Shown piece by piece: positions 1-9,724 of a DNA stretch of 64,000 bases. The DNA comes from Takakia lepidozioides (Eukaryota; Plantae; Bryophyta): NCBI GenBank assembly GCA_030704615.1, contig CM060732.1:76198001-76262000 (forward strand). Reading direction: 5' to 3'. The notes beneath the pieces are model-generated. The model had not been told where the DNA came from and made no database searches. It saw only the letters and a list, made by a program, of their open reading frames with translations. The position numbers and the translations under genes are program-made. Every line of letters begins with the position of its first letter. Position 1 is the stretch's first letter.

Positions 1-403
1 CACGACGGATGACCCAAAAACCACGTTGTACATTTTCGAGAGCAGAGACAAGATGATAAAGACTCTCGCACATAGATGGTGGATTGCACCTGAAATTGCA
101 ATTGTTCATAATGTAGCCAACAACCAGTCAGATGGCACACCTCGTAGGCCCCCTCTAACCGTGCCATCAGAGACCTTTTCAATTGGGAAGATAGCCCAGG
201 CAATAAATGGGGATAACACGTTCGATGCAAGCATGTTCAACGATATGTCTACTGGAACCTGTTTTGCTTCGGCTCTGGAAAACTTGTGTGTAGACATAGT
301 AGAGTTGCAGTACAAACTAGAAAATGTTGTGAAGCGTTTCATGACGGGGCTATTCAATTGGCCTGAGCCCAAAAATTGCTGGAGGATGGATAGAAACTTG
401 TAG
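1..403 (+). CDS. 3' end (C-lobe) of the TE-borne protein kinase, copy 1 (5'-partial)
   Basis: WWIAPE motif; near-identical to 9185-9569 except for a 70-bp segment; stop at 401-403. Confidence 0.85.
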   Translation, partial: TTDDPKTTLYIFESRDKMIKTLAHRWWIAPEIAIVHNVANNQSDGTPRRPPLTVPSETFSIGKIAQAINGDNTFDASMFNDMSTGTCFASALENLCVDIVELQYKLENVVKRFMTGLFNWPEPKNCWRMDRNL

Positions 404-559
404 ACCTTTGACTGTACATCATGTTTGAATAAAGTTGTTTTCAATTATGTTTGTCTCGTACCATAATGTTTTAATGGTTTGTTACTTGGCCATGGCACCT
501 GGGTCCATCATATGGGATAATCAAGCACCACACCCACGAATCTTGAAGAGTGACAGTGT

Positions 560-3500
560 ACACCGGGTCAATGGATGAACCAATCGTTCCCATGCCAAAT
601 GATTTTAGATTGATTTGAAACTTTGGGAGTATCTTGTACATGCCCTCTTTAAGTTACCAGACAAGTATGAGGTCAATCTAAAATGGTTCTAAAGGTGAAC
701 CAATAGTTCCCCTATTAAATGATTCATGATTGAAAATTGGTTGAAAGGTTTAACGAGTCGTTTGGGGGGCAAATGATTATTCCTTCGCTTGCAACTTTGT
801 GTACGTGATTTGTACATACTTAAGCACATATGGACCAAAGTTGAACTTCAACAAAGGATGAACGTTTTTTTCCAAACATTTTTCTTTGGTAAATTTTTTG
901 GCAAGGATGTGGTGGTGTGGGGGTTCAACTCACAGAACAAAATCAAGCCAAAAACAAAATCATTGCGCCCCACAATCCTATGCCCTCTAAATCATTTTAT
1001 TTAGTAAAAATCCAGTTCAATTCAAAATTGGATGAAAGGGTGAACAGAAACTTCCCCGATGAAATGATATTTTATTGCTCCGAAACTTTGCAAGTGTCTT
1101 CTACATGCCCTCTTACACGTCTTTGAGAAGTATGACATCAATCTAAAATGGTTTAAAGGGTGAACCAATCGTCCCCCTACCAAATTTGCAAATGTCTTGT
1201 ACATGCCCTCTTACAGGTTTTTCACAAGTTTCAACTCAATCTAAAATGGTTGAAAAGGTGAATCAATCATGAACATATCAAATGATTTTGGAGTGCTTTA
1301 AAGCTTTGCAAGTGTCTTTCACATGTCATTTTAAAGGTACCGGACAAGTATGAGGTCAGTAAAATATGGGTGAAAGGGTGAACCAATTGTTCCCCTATCA
1401 AATGATTTTACATTGCTTTGATGCTTTGCAAGTGTCAGCCACATGCCCTCCTACAAGTACCGGACAAGTATGACGTGAATAAAAAATGGTTGAAAGGGTG
1501 AACCAATCATTCCGCTATCAAATGATTTTATATTGCTTTGGATGTCATTGCTTTGCTAATTCTAGCCCCCCAATGGCCCATTTGTAACCCTTGAATTGCG
1601 AGTGTCTTGTACATGCCCTCTTAAAGTTATTCGACAAGTATGATGTCAATATTAAATGGTTCAAAAGGTGAACCAACAGTTCCCCTATTGGATGATTCAT
1701 GATTAATCATTAACGATTGATCTCATATTACACTGGGACCTATCAGATGGTACATTGAACACACTGGCCAAGTTTCAAAGCGAACGAAAATAATTTGGAT
1801 GGGCAACCATCCATCGGCCCATTGAACGAATTTCGGTTGATCTCATATTACTTTGGGGCCTCTTCCATAGTACATTGAACTTACTGGCTAAGTCTCAAAG
1901 CGAACCAAAATCATTTCGATGGCCAACCATCCGTTGAGCCATCGAATGAATTTCGATTGATCTGATATTAGTCCAGGACTTGTGAGAGGGAGTCTCGAAC
2001 GTACTGGCAAAGTTTGGAAGCAAACAAAACTGATTTGAATGGTCAACCATCTGTTCACCCATTTAATGTATTCTGTTGGATCTGCTATTACTTTGGGACT
2101 TGTTGGACTGCGTTTCGCGTGCTCATCATTTTTTTTTTCATTCCATTTTTGAATGGGGCGTGTAATGACTTAATATGCAACGTGCGTGCCAAATTTGGGA
2201 GCGAGCAAAATTCATTTGGACCCAAAACCACAGTTTCTTGCCGTTTTGCACTCCAAACTTGATTTGTGCTCTACTTCATGCACTTTTCATAGAGAGTTCT
2301 GCAATAGTGAGCGAATAGAACATTTTTTTTGGGCATTACCAATTTTAAGGGCTTGAATTGCATTTTGAATGAATCCAAAATCATTTGGCAGGGGAATAAT
2401 TGGTTCACCCATAGCCAATTTCAGGGGCTGAAATTGCAATTTATGGGGCTCGAATTGCCAATTTCAGGGGCTGGACTTGCAATTTGAGGGGCTTTAATTG
2501 CTAATTTCAGGGGCTGCACTAGCAATCGTCATTTCACAGGCTACAGTTGCAATTTGAGGGGCGGGAATTACCATTTCAGGGGCTAGAAGTGCAATTTGAG
2601 GGGTTGAAATTGACAATTTCAAGGGCTCAAATTACAATTTGAGGGGCGGCCGGGGTTGGTCATTTTAGGGACTGCATTTTTTATTGGTCCAAATTTTTGT
2701 GGGGGAGTAGCAGTGGGATGGTTGAAGCCGCAAAACAAAATTGAGCCAAAATCAAAATCGATACGTGCCAGAAACCCCCAATGAAATGCAGTGCAAACCT
2801 ATTTATTAGCTTAAAATTAATTTAAATTCAATTACATTATGGAATGGCTTGGTGTCGATGGGGAGGCAAATGATTTATTCGTCTGTTGTGTCTCCGCACA
2901 TGTGTCGCACACATGTTCAAGCACATGCGGGCAAAAGAGGGGCTTCAACCACATCCATTCAATGGGTGTAATAGCCGTGCACGCATTGCAGGATTTCTTT
3001 TTCGCAATGAACAAAAATCAAATGACAACTGAACGCATCGAACGAATTTCGATTGATCTCATATTACAGTGGGACCTATCAGAGGGTACATTGAACACAC
3101 TGGCCAAAGTGAACGAAAATCATTTGGATGGGCAACCATCCGTTGGCCCATTGAACGAATTTCGATTGATCTTATATTACTCTAGGGCCTCTTCCATGGT
3201 ACATTGAATATACTGGCCAAGTCTCAAAGCGAACCAAAATCATTTGGAGGCAAATGATTATTCGTCTCTTCATTTATTTGTGATTAATCGTTAATGGTGA
3301 AAAGAATAAACCAAAGGTTCCTTGATAAAAAAAAAATTGAATGATTTGAAATTTTGCCAGTATGTTCTACATGCCTCTTACATGGACCGGACAAGTATGA
3401 GATCAATAAAAAATGGTTCACATGAGGAACCAATGGTTACTTGATGTGCCGATTTCTGAACGCTTTCAAACTTTGCCATTGCATTGTACATGCCCTCTTA

Positions 3501-3660
3501 AAGCTACCGGACAAGTATGAGTTCGATTTTAAATATTGCAATGGATGAACCAATGGTATCTTCATGTAGCAATTTTTGATTGTTTTGAAACTTTGCCAGT
3601 ATATTGTACATGTTGTCAAACAGGTACCGAACAAGTATGAGGTCATTCAAAAATGGTTCA
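560..3660. repeat. ~120-bp satellite in alternating direct/inverted blocks (copy 1)
   Basis: Unit ...gtgtcttgtacatgccctcttaaagttaccggacaagtatgaggtcaatctaaaatggtt...gggtgaaccaat recurs (e.g. 1308, 1428). Inverted, diverged units ttgatctcatatta occur at ~1717, 1837, 1957, 2077. Confidence 0.85.
2335..2675 (+). repeat. ~21-bp minisatellite (aatttgaggggctgaaattgc-like)
   Basis: More than 10 degenerate tandem units; the reverse complement occurs at ~10520-10850. Confidence 0.85.
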
Positions 3661-4345
3661 AAGGAATTTTTCAATTAAATCCAATATGTTTGGAAGTGGC
3701 AAGAACACCCCTGGAATAGGAGCAACTTGGTCACGCCATGTGTTCTGCCAATACTTTACAACACTCGTAATGACAACCTTGAAATTGTCCAACACCTCCT
3801 GCTGCTGGGGGTATCTGGGCAACTCTGGAAGAAATGGCCCTTTATCCCGACGAGGCACCCAATACCTCTCATTCATATCCTCCCAACGGATGCTAGCGGC
3901 CTCCAACTCCCTCAGAAATAGGTCTCTCCCAATCGGTTCGCGATTGTATGGGTCGTTTTCCGCTGGCACCCACGGATCCTTAGGCAGTCGGAAGAATCTT
4001 TGTCTGGTACAGCTCCAATGCTCTCCCAAGTTCCGGCAAAAAAACTTCATTTGGACTGGGTCCCGTATGCCTCTAGCACGCACGGTTATTTCCCAGTTGG
4101 ATATCAACCAAAAAGTCACCGGATCTTTAACCCTAGATAACGTCATAGCATCCAAGGCGTGCACCTCTCTTGGAGCATCCCATATCATTGTCTCCCACCA
4201 GTGCTAACAATTTAAAAACTCGTAAGGCGATACATCCAATGGCATGTTGTACCGGTTGTACTCGTATCCCGTGGGCATATTGTTTTGCAACCCAAACAAC
4301 TTTAGAAACGTCGATGGATTGGTCCACGGCAGTCAAGGCATTGGC
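3658..4345 (-). pseudogene. Fragment of cargo gene B (end of RING-H2 plus C-terminal domain), copy 1
   Basis: The 176-aa ORF 3658-4188 matches the frameshifted 12969-13460 region. The minus strand at ~4320-4345 reads SQCLDCRGPIHRRF, the last Cys pair of the RING. Confidence 0.75.
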
Positions 4346-4354
4346 TTTAATGGG

Positions 4355-5250
4355 TGCGACCACCAGCAGGGGGGTGGTCGCAATTTTTTTTTTTTTTTTT
4401 TATGGGTGCGACGGAGGTTGTCGTAGATTTTTTTTTTTTTTTTAATAGGTGCGCCCACCAGCAAGGAGGTGGTCGCATTATATATATATAGGCGCGACCA
4501 CCAATAGGGGGGTGGTCGCAGAAATTTTGTTTAAAACAAATAGTGCACTGAGTGCAACTCGGACGATTCTGGGGTCAAATCTTGCTACTTGATGGGTGTG
4601 GTATGGTTCGTGTGTGGTGCCCCATTCGTACGCCTCTTGGCGTATAAATGAAAGAGGTTATTTTCTCCTGTCACTACTAAGGGGCCTGATTTATGAGCTG
4701 TCGCTCCCAGATGTTTCCTAGGAAAAAAAAAATTAAAAAAAAAAACTGCAACCACTTGCAGGGAGGTGGTCGCACCATTTTTTTTTAGGGGCGACCACCA
4801 GCAAGGCGGTGGTCGCAGAATTTTCTATTTTTAAATAGCTGCGACCACCAGCAGGGGGATGGTCGGACCATTTTTTTTTTTGTTAAATAGGTGCGAATAA
4901 TATGTGGAGCAGTTTCATTCGGGCTCTAATCCTAGAGTGGTCCAGGAATTACTGTGGCCCAAGAATTAGAGTGGGGCGCCTATGTAGGAAGGCCACGTGT
5001 ATTAAGGAATGAGATGAGGGGGTCCAAAAAAAGAATGGAGGAATTGGCTAAATTTAGAATATGAAGTCATATAGGGTTGACATGTATTCAGAGCCTTCGT
5101 ACTAACTTACTATCTATTAAATCAGTAAATAGGTGCGACCACCACTGACCAGCAGGGGGGTGGTCGCAACATTTTTCTTTTATTTTAACAGTTGTGACGA
5201 CTGCTACTGGTGGTCGCACAATTGTCTTTTTTTAAACAGGTGCGACCACC
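4355..5250. repeat. TGCGACC...GGTCGCA palindrome units with T-rich spacers (copy 1 internal array, interrupted by a SINE)
   Basis: Repeated gcgaccaccagcagggggtggtcgca units at 4357-4520, 4750-4895 and 5135-5250. Confidence 0.85.
4543..4745 (+). mobile_element. 5'-truncated copy of the tRNA-derived SINE-like sequence
   Basis: Matches 16195-16390; ends in an A-rich tail. Confidence 0.55.
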
Positions 5251-6252
5251 AGGAGGTTGGTCCCCTTGCACCTGTATGTATGTTTGGAGAGGCAGATGAA
5301 AAGCACATGTATCGATTCCCCATGGATTTGTGAAGGGGAAGATAAATGTTGGGAGCTGAACCTAGCCTTTGTGGCTTTCGAAACCATAATAGGAAATCAA
5401 CAATGTAAAGGTAATGACGAAACACAAACACACGCATAACCACCAAACCCTTTCTTGGGTACACATATTCCACCATTTTTATTTCCGTACACGTATGCAT
5501 GTACCCAAACTGAAACAATGATATCCATGGAAACATACTACACATCATGTGACAGAAGTTATAGCTGTACCTAGTTCCGTCTGGCACGACGACGATGGTA
5601 TGATCTCACGCCTAGTACAAAATCTTCATCCCCACTCACTTCACCCACGTTCCCATGATCAGTGCTAGAATCATGATCTCCATCTGTTCGTTCGTTTCCA
5701 GAGGCAACTGGCCGTTGGACATGTAGTCGTCCTCGGAGTACGTTCAGTTGTCTCTCTGGTCGATTTCCACTCCTATCATGAATATCATATAGGGTATCAG
5801 GCCTGTTCACAGGTTAGTCACCAACAAAAGGTTGCACAATTCACTGTCGTTTCTGGGCTTGTCCCGGATTTCGTGTTGGCCTTGGAGCAGGTATCGTATG
5901 AGGAAGGCTACTCGCACGTACATCAGAGGGGCCAACATGAGAGGAAGGGGTATGAGATGGACCAGCGAGGGTCGAGGGAGCACGGTTCACATGCGGACGT
6001 CGTCGGGCCAGATGAAACGACAATGGCCGGTCGTCGTCATCCGATGGTTCGACTTGCAGAAGTCCCGCAGCAGAAGATACATCTCCAAGGATCGAAGTAG
6101 CGATGGAAGGAATTACATGAGGGGGAGAGAGATTAGATGGACCAACATGGGATGGACCGACTTGAGAAAGAGAAACATGAGATGAAGCGACATGAGATGA
6201 AACACGGTTCACAGGGGCACGATGTCGGTGAAAGAATGACAATAGCCGGCTT

Positions 6253-6998
6253 AAATCACAGTAAATTGTAACACACCACAAGGGCGGGCCAAATCCAAAA
6301 TACACAAAGATCTATTTAGTCCCCACCTAATGAATTGAGAAAATGGGTTTGGAAGCCAAAGATGGGATGCGGGGGTAGGAAAAAGCCCACAATTTTATAA
6401 AAATCGGAGACAAAACCTCCCCCTCCGTGTCAATGGCTTCCCTTTTCTTCTAACTCCGCTCGGCAGAATGCAAAGCATCCCATTCCCACAGAGCTAAAGG
6501 GGAAGAGTGAAAGTGAGAGCCAAGAATGGCCTACTTCCCCTTATATGGGCGACCACTCAAAGGCGCCCAAGCGCCTTCCGGAAGATGTCCGTCACGTGGC
6601 GGCCACCAGCACAATGCGGCGACCGCCACAGCGACGGTCGCCTGGGCCGGCGGCCCATCCCGCCAGGTGACCGCTGACATGGCGATCGCCCGTGCCGGTG
6701 ACCCATCCGCCCGGGGACTGCCGATGTGGCGACCGCTGACGTGGCAGACGCTCGGGCCGGCGCCCCATCCCGCCCAGCGCCCGGCGCCTGCATGGTCGCC
6801 TCGGCAAGCCGTCACTTGGCCGGTCACCTTCGTCATCGCTGTCGCCAGCGTTGCAAAAGAAGGTTAAAAATTTATTAAAAAAATAAAAATTACCGCGACA
6901 AATGTCTTCTTATGGACGCGACGTGACGACCGTCACATCTTGACGTGACGCCGACGTTGACGTGTTACTGCGGCGTCACGTCCATACTTGCAACCGGG
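6253..6998 (-). mobile_element. Inverted left end of a related hAT subfamily member
   Basis: The minus strand starts cccggttgcaagtatggacgtgacg, matching cctagttgcaaatttggacgtgacg at 7041. It is followed by a TGACGT cluster, GC-rich GGCGACC/GGTCGCC motifs (6575-6850) and a TATA-like site at ~6541. Confidence 0.6.
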
Positions 6999-7334
6999 GC
7001 CGTGGCGTCGAAACCCCCCCCCCCCCCCCCCCCTTTTTCCCCTAGTTGCAAATTTGGACGTGACGTGGCGTTGACGCGTCAGCATCACATCCGACGTCAG
7101 TGACAGATGTGCGTCAGTGACAGATGTGCATTAGCATCACGTCCGACGTCAATGACGGATGTGCGTCACGTCACGTCCTAAACCGACGTTACTGTACATA
7201 AATATGTTTATTTTTTTACTTTACTATTGACTGTTTACTATGAGAACATACGCGGCAACCGATGTGGCCTCATTACGTGGACTTCATTATTTATCTGTAA
7301 AATTCATATATTATGATTTATATTGTCAATCATG

Positions 7335-7795
7335 CGACCGTCAGCAACGGTTGGTCGGACAATTTTCTTTAAAAAAAATTAAGTTGCGACCACCAGAAGT
7401 GGGTGGTCGCACATTTTTTCTTATTTTTTAAATGGGTGCGACCACCAGCAATAGGTGCGACCACAAGCAGAGGGTGGTCGAACATTTTTTCTTTTTTTTT
7501 AAATTGGGTGTGACCACCAGCAGGTGGTGGTCACAACTTTTTCATTTTTTTTAAATAGGTGCGACCACCAGCAGGGGATGGTCGCACATTTTAAATTATT
7601 TTTTAAATGGGTGCGACCACCAGCCGATGGTGGTCGCAGACTTTTTCTTTTTTGTTATTAGGTGCGACCGCTTATGGGGGGTCGCACATTTTCGTTTTGT
7701 TTTTAAAAAGATGCGACCACCAGTAAGGGGGGGGAGGGGTCGCAGCACTTTTTTTGTTTTGTTATTAGCTGCGACCACCCATAGGTGCGACCGCT
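7335..7795 (+). repeat. Left subterminal array of ~9 TGCGACC palindromic units (~50-bp period)
   Basis: tgcgaccaccagcaggggatggtcgca-type units separated by T-rich spacers. Confidence 0.9.
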
Positions 7796-8082
7796 CCCTG
7801 GACATGTGGCGAGCCATGAATAGGCAGCAGAGGCGGTCGCGCGCCAGGCCTCTCCAGGCAGTATATGAAGGCCTACCCCTCATTCCTAACCCATTTTTTT
7901 TCCCTCTCTGTGAGTGCAGTTCTGGGGCTTCTTGGAGTTTGAACTTCGGTGGCCAGAACTGAGCGTGGGGGGGGGGGGGGGGATTTGTGTGGAGGAGGAG
8001 TTTTTGCCTTTTTTCCCTGGGACTGCGGGAGAGTTTGCTTTGGGTACTATACCAATAGAGGGTGAGGAAATTGGTCTGCTAG

Positions 8083-8090
8083 TATATAAA
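8083..8090 (+). promoter_or_regulatory. Candidate TATA box of the kinase gene
   Basis: tatataaa about 70 bp upstream of ATG 8157. Confidence 0.5.
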
Positions 8091-8156
8091 GTTATCAATA
8101 GTCTGGGTTTAGTTTTCCGTTACGAAACCGCGTCTATTCCACATAGTACTTTCATT

Positions 8157-9569
8157 ATGTCCGGAAACGTTGTTTCGAATGTAGTGTCAGGGTATCCAAG
8201 CACAGAGGCCGCGAAGGTGGTGAAGCAAGTAGTGCTGGATTATTTGAAGGACAATGACATAATGCGTTTGAATCTTTTGTATGTCCGACATGGGACTGAG
8301 GGGTTCCTTAGATTCCATCACAATATAGAGATGAGAATGAGGGAGGCTTTGGCCGGGGATGAATGGGAGGAGGACAGGGCGAAGTTCCAGTTCACGAAAT
8401 GGATGGAAGACCGGGCCCATGATGCCACATGGAATCTGAGGCAAACCTTGGAAAGGTTTGTTACGAGAACACCTGTAGCTGAAGGTCGCATGCCAACTTC
8501 GGATGAGGAGTTGTTTATGCTTGTGGATTGGTGGTCTGACATGACAAAGGCCCACGCCAAACGACGTACAAAACCACTCCCATGGAATGCAGGGTCCTCG
8601 TCCGCGGATGCGGCATTGAACGTGAGATACATATCCACAAACGCAAAGGTACAACAACTCGACGCGCCCAAACATGGAGGGTATGGTACAATTCGGAGGG
8701 TTAGAATTGTTGGGGATCAATTCATTCCTCCATCATGGGAGCTAGCAGGGAAAACGCCCAGGGAAACAAATGCTGAGCTTGCCAAAGTCCAACATAACAA
8801 TGAGGCGTTGGCTGTAAAGTTCCATCATTTCGGCATTATAAAGTATTTTGCGTTGCATCCACGTCGAAATGAAGGTTACATACATTGGTGGAATGGGGGG
8901 ACAATACGATCATGGTTGAGTATTGATAGGAAATGGGGGAATGATCGGGATAACAGGGAGTTAATGGAACGATGGGGGATGGAGCAGGAAATGCAGGAGA
9001 TCAACCGACTGGTTCGATTCCGACAGAATCGCACCCAATTGGCATGGGCGCTTTTGCACATCATGCTCAACGTCCATAATCACCACCTCTTACACAACGA
9101 CATGTCCCCCGACAACATCTTGTTGCATTTTCCACAAGGGTCTGAAGATGTGTACATTGGGATATGCGATTGGGGGATGGCCTCCACGACGGATGACCCA
9201 AAAACCACGTTATACATTTTCGAGAGCAGAGACAAGATGATAAAGACTCTCGCACATAGATGGTGGATTGCACCTGAAATTGCAATTGTTCATAATGTAG
9301 CCAACAACCAGTCAGATGGCACACCTCGTAGGCCCCCTCTAACCGTGCCATCAGAGACCTTTGCAATTAGGAAGATAGCCCAGGCAATAAATGCACAAGT
9401 TTTCCAGAGCCGAAGCAAAACAGGTTCCAATAGACATATCGTTGAACATGTTTGCATCGAACGAGTAGAGTTGCGATACAAACTAGAAAATATTGTGAAG
9501 CGTTTCATGACGGGGCTATTCAATTGGCCTGAGCCTAAAAATTGCTGGAGGATGGATAAAAACTTGTAG
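8157..9569 (+). CDS. Intronless non-RD protein kinase with an N-terminal helical region (~470 aa from ATG 8157)
   Basis: Gly loop KHGGYGTI, Lys in ELAGKTP, alphaC Glu in NNEALA, catalytic loop HNDMSPDNILL, DWG in place of DFG, WWIAPE. The frame is open from 7914, but the first ATG after the TATA box is 8157. Confidence 0.9.
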   Translation: MSGNVVSNVVSGYPSTEAAKVVKQVVLDYLKDNDIMRLNLLYVRHGTEGFLRFHHNIEMRMREALAGDEWEEDRAKFQFTKWMEDRAHDATWNLRQTLERFVTRTPVAEGRMPTSDEELFMLVDWWSDMTKAHAKRRTKPLPWNAGSSSADAALNVRYISTNAKVQQLDAPKHGGYGTIRRVRIVGDQFIPPSWELAGKTPRETNAELAKVQHNNEALAVKFHHFGIIKYFALHPRRNEGYIHWWNGGTIRSWLSIDRKWGNDRDNRELMERWGMEQEMQEINRLVRFRQNRTQLAWALLHIMLNVHNHHLLHNDMSPDNILLHFPQGSEDVYIGICDWGMASTTDDPKTTLYIFESRDKMIKTLAHRWWIAPEIAIVHNVANNQSDGTPRRPPLTVPSETFAIRKIAQAINAQVFQSRSKTGSNRHIVEHVCIERVELRYKLENIVKRFMTGLFNWPEPKNCWRMDKNL

Positions 9570-9724
9570 ACCTCTGACTGTACATCATGTTTGAATAAAT
9601 GTTGTTTTCTATTGTGTTTGTCTCGTACCATAATGTTTTAATGGTTTGTTACTTGGCCATGGCACCTGGGTCCATCATATGGGATAATCAAGCACCACAC
9701 CCACGAATCTTGAAGAGTGACAGT

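Larger units (their letters stand above)
1..6252. mobile_element. Internally deleted second copy of the kinase-carrying hAT element (same orientation as 7041-20990; begins upstream of the window)
   Basis: Position 1 aligns with 9185 (cacgacggatgacccaaaaaccacg). Collinear matches continue through the satellite, the cargo-B 3' part (3658-4345 vs ~12965-13633), the palindrome arrays, the SINE and the transposase tail (5100-6252 vs ~16410-17540). It lacks ~12620-12965, ~13633-15800 and the transposase core. Confidence 0.85.

Noticed and set aside
789-3646. Short ORFs within the satellite (also 11056-12480)
   Set aside because: Translations of the 120-bp repeat; frames are not conserved between copies.
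6526-6867. Overlapping GC-rich ORFs on both strands
   Set aside because: Explained by GC-rich subterminal motifs that lack stop codons.
7914-8156. N-terminal 81 aa of the 551-aa kinase ORF
   Set aside because: Non-ATG start, runs through a poly-G tract and contains the candidate TATA box; ATG 8157 is preferred.
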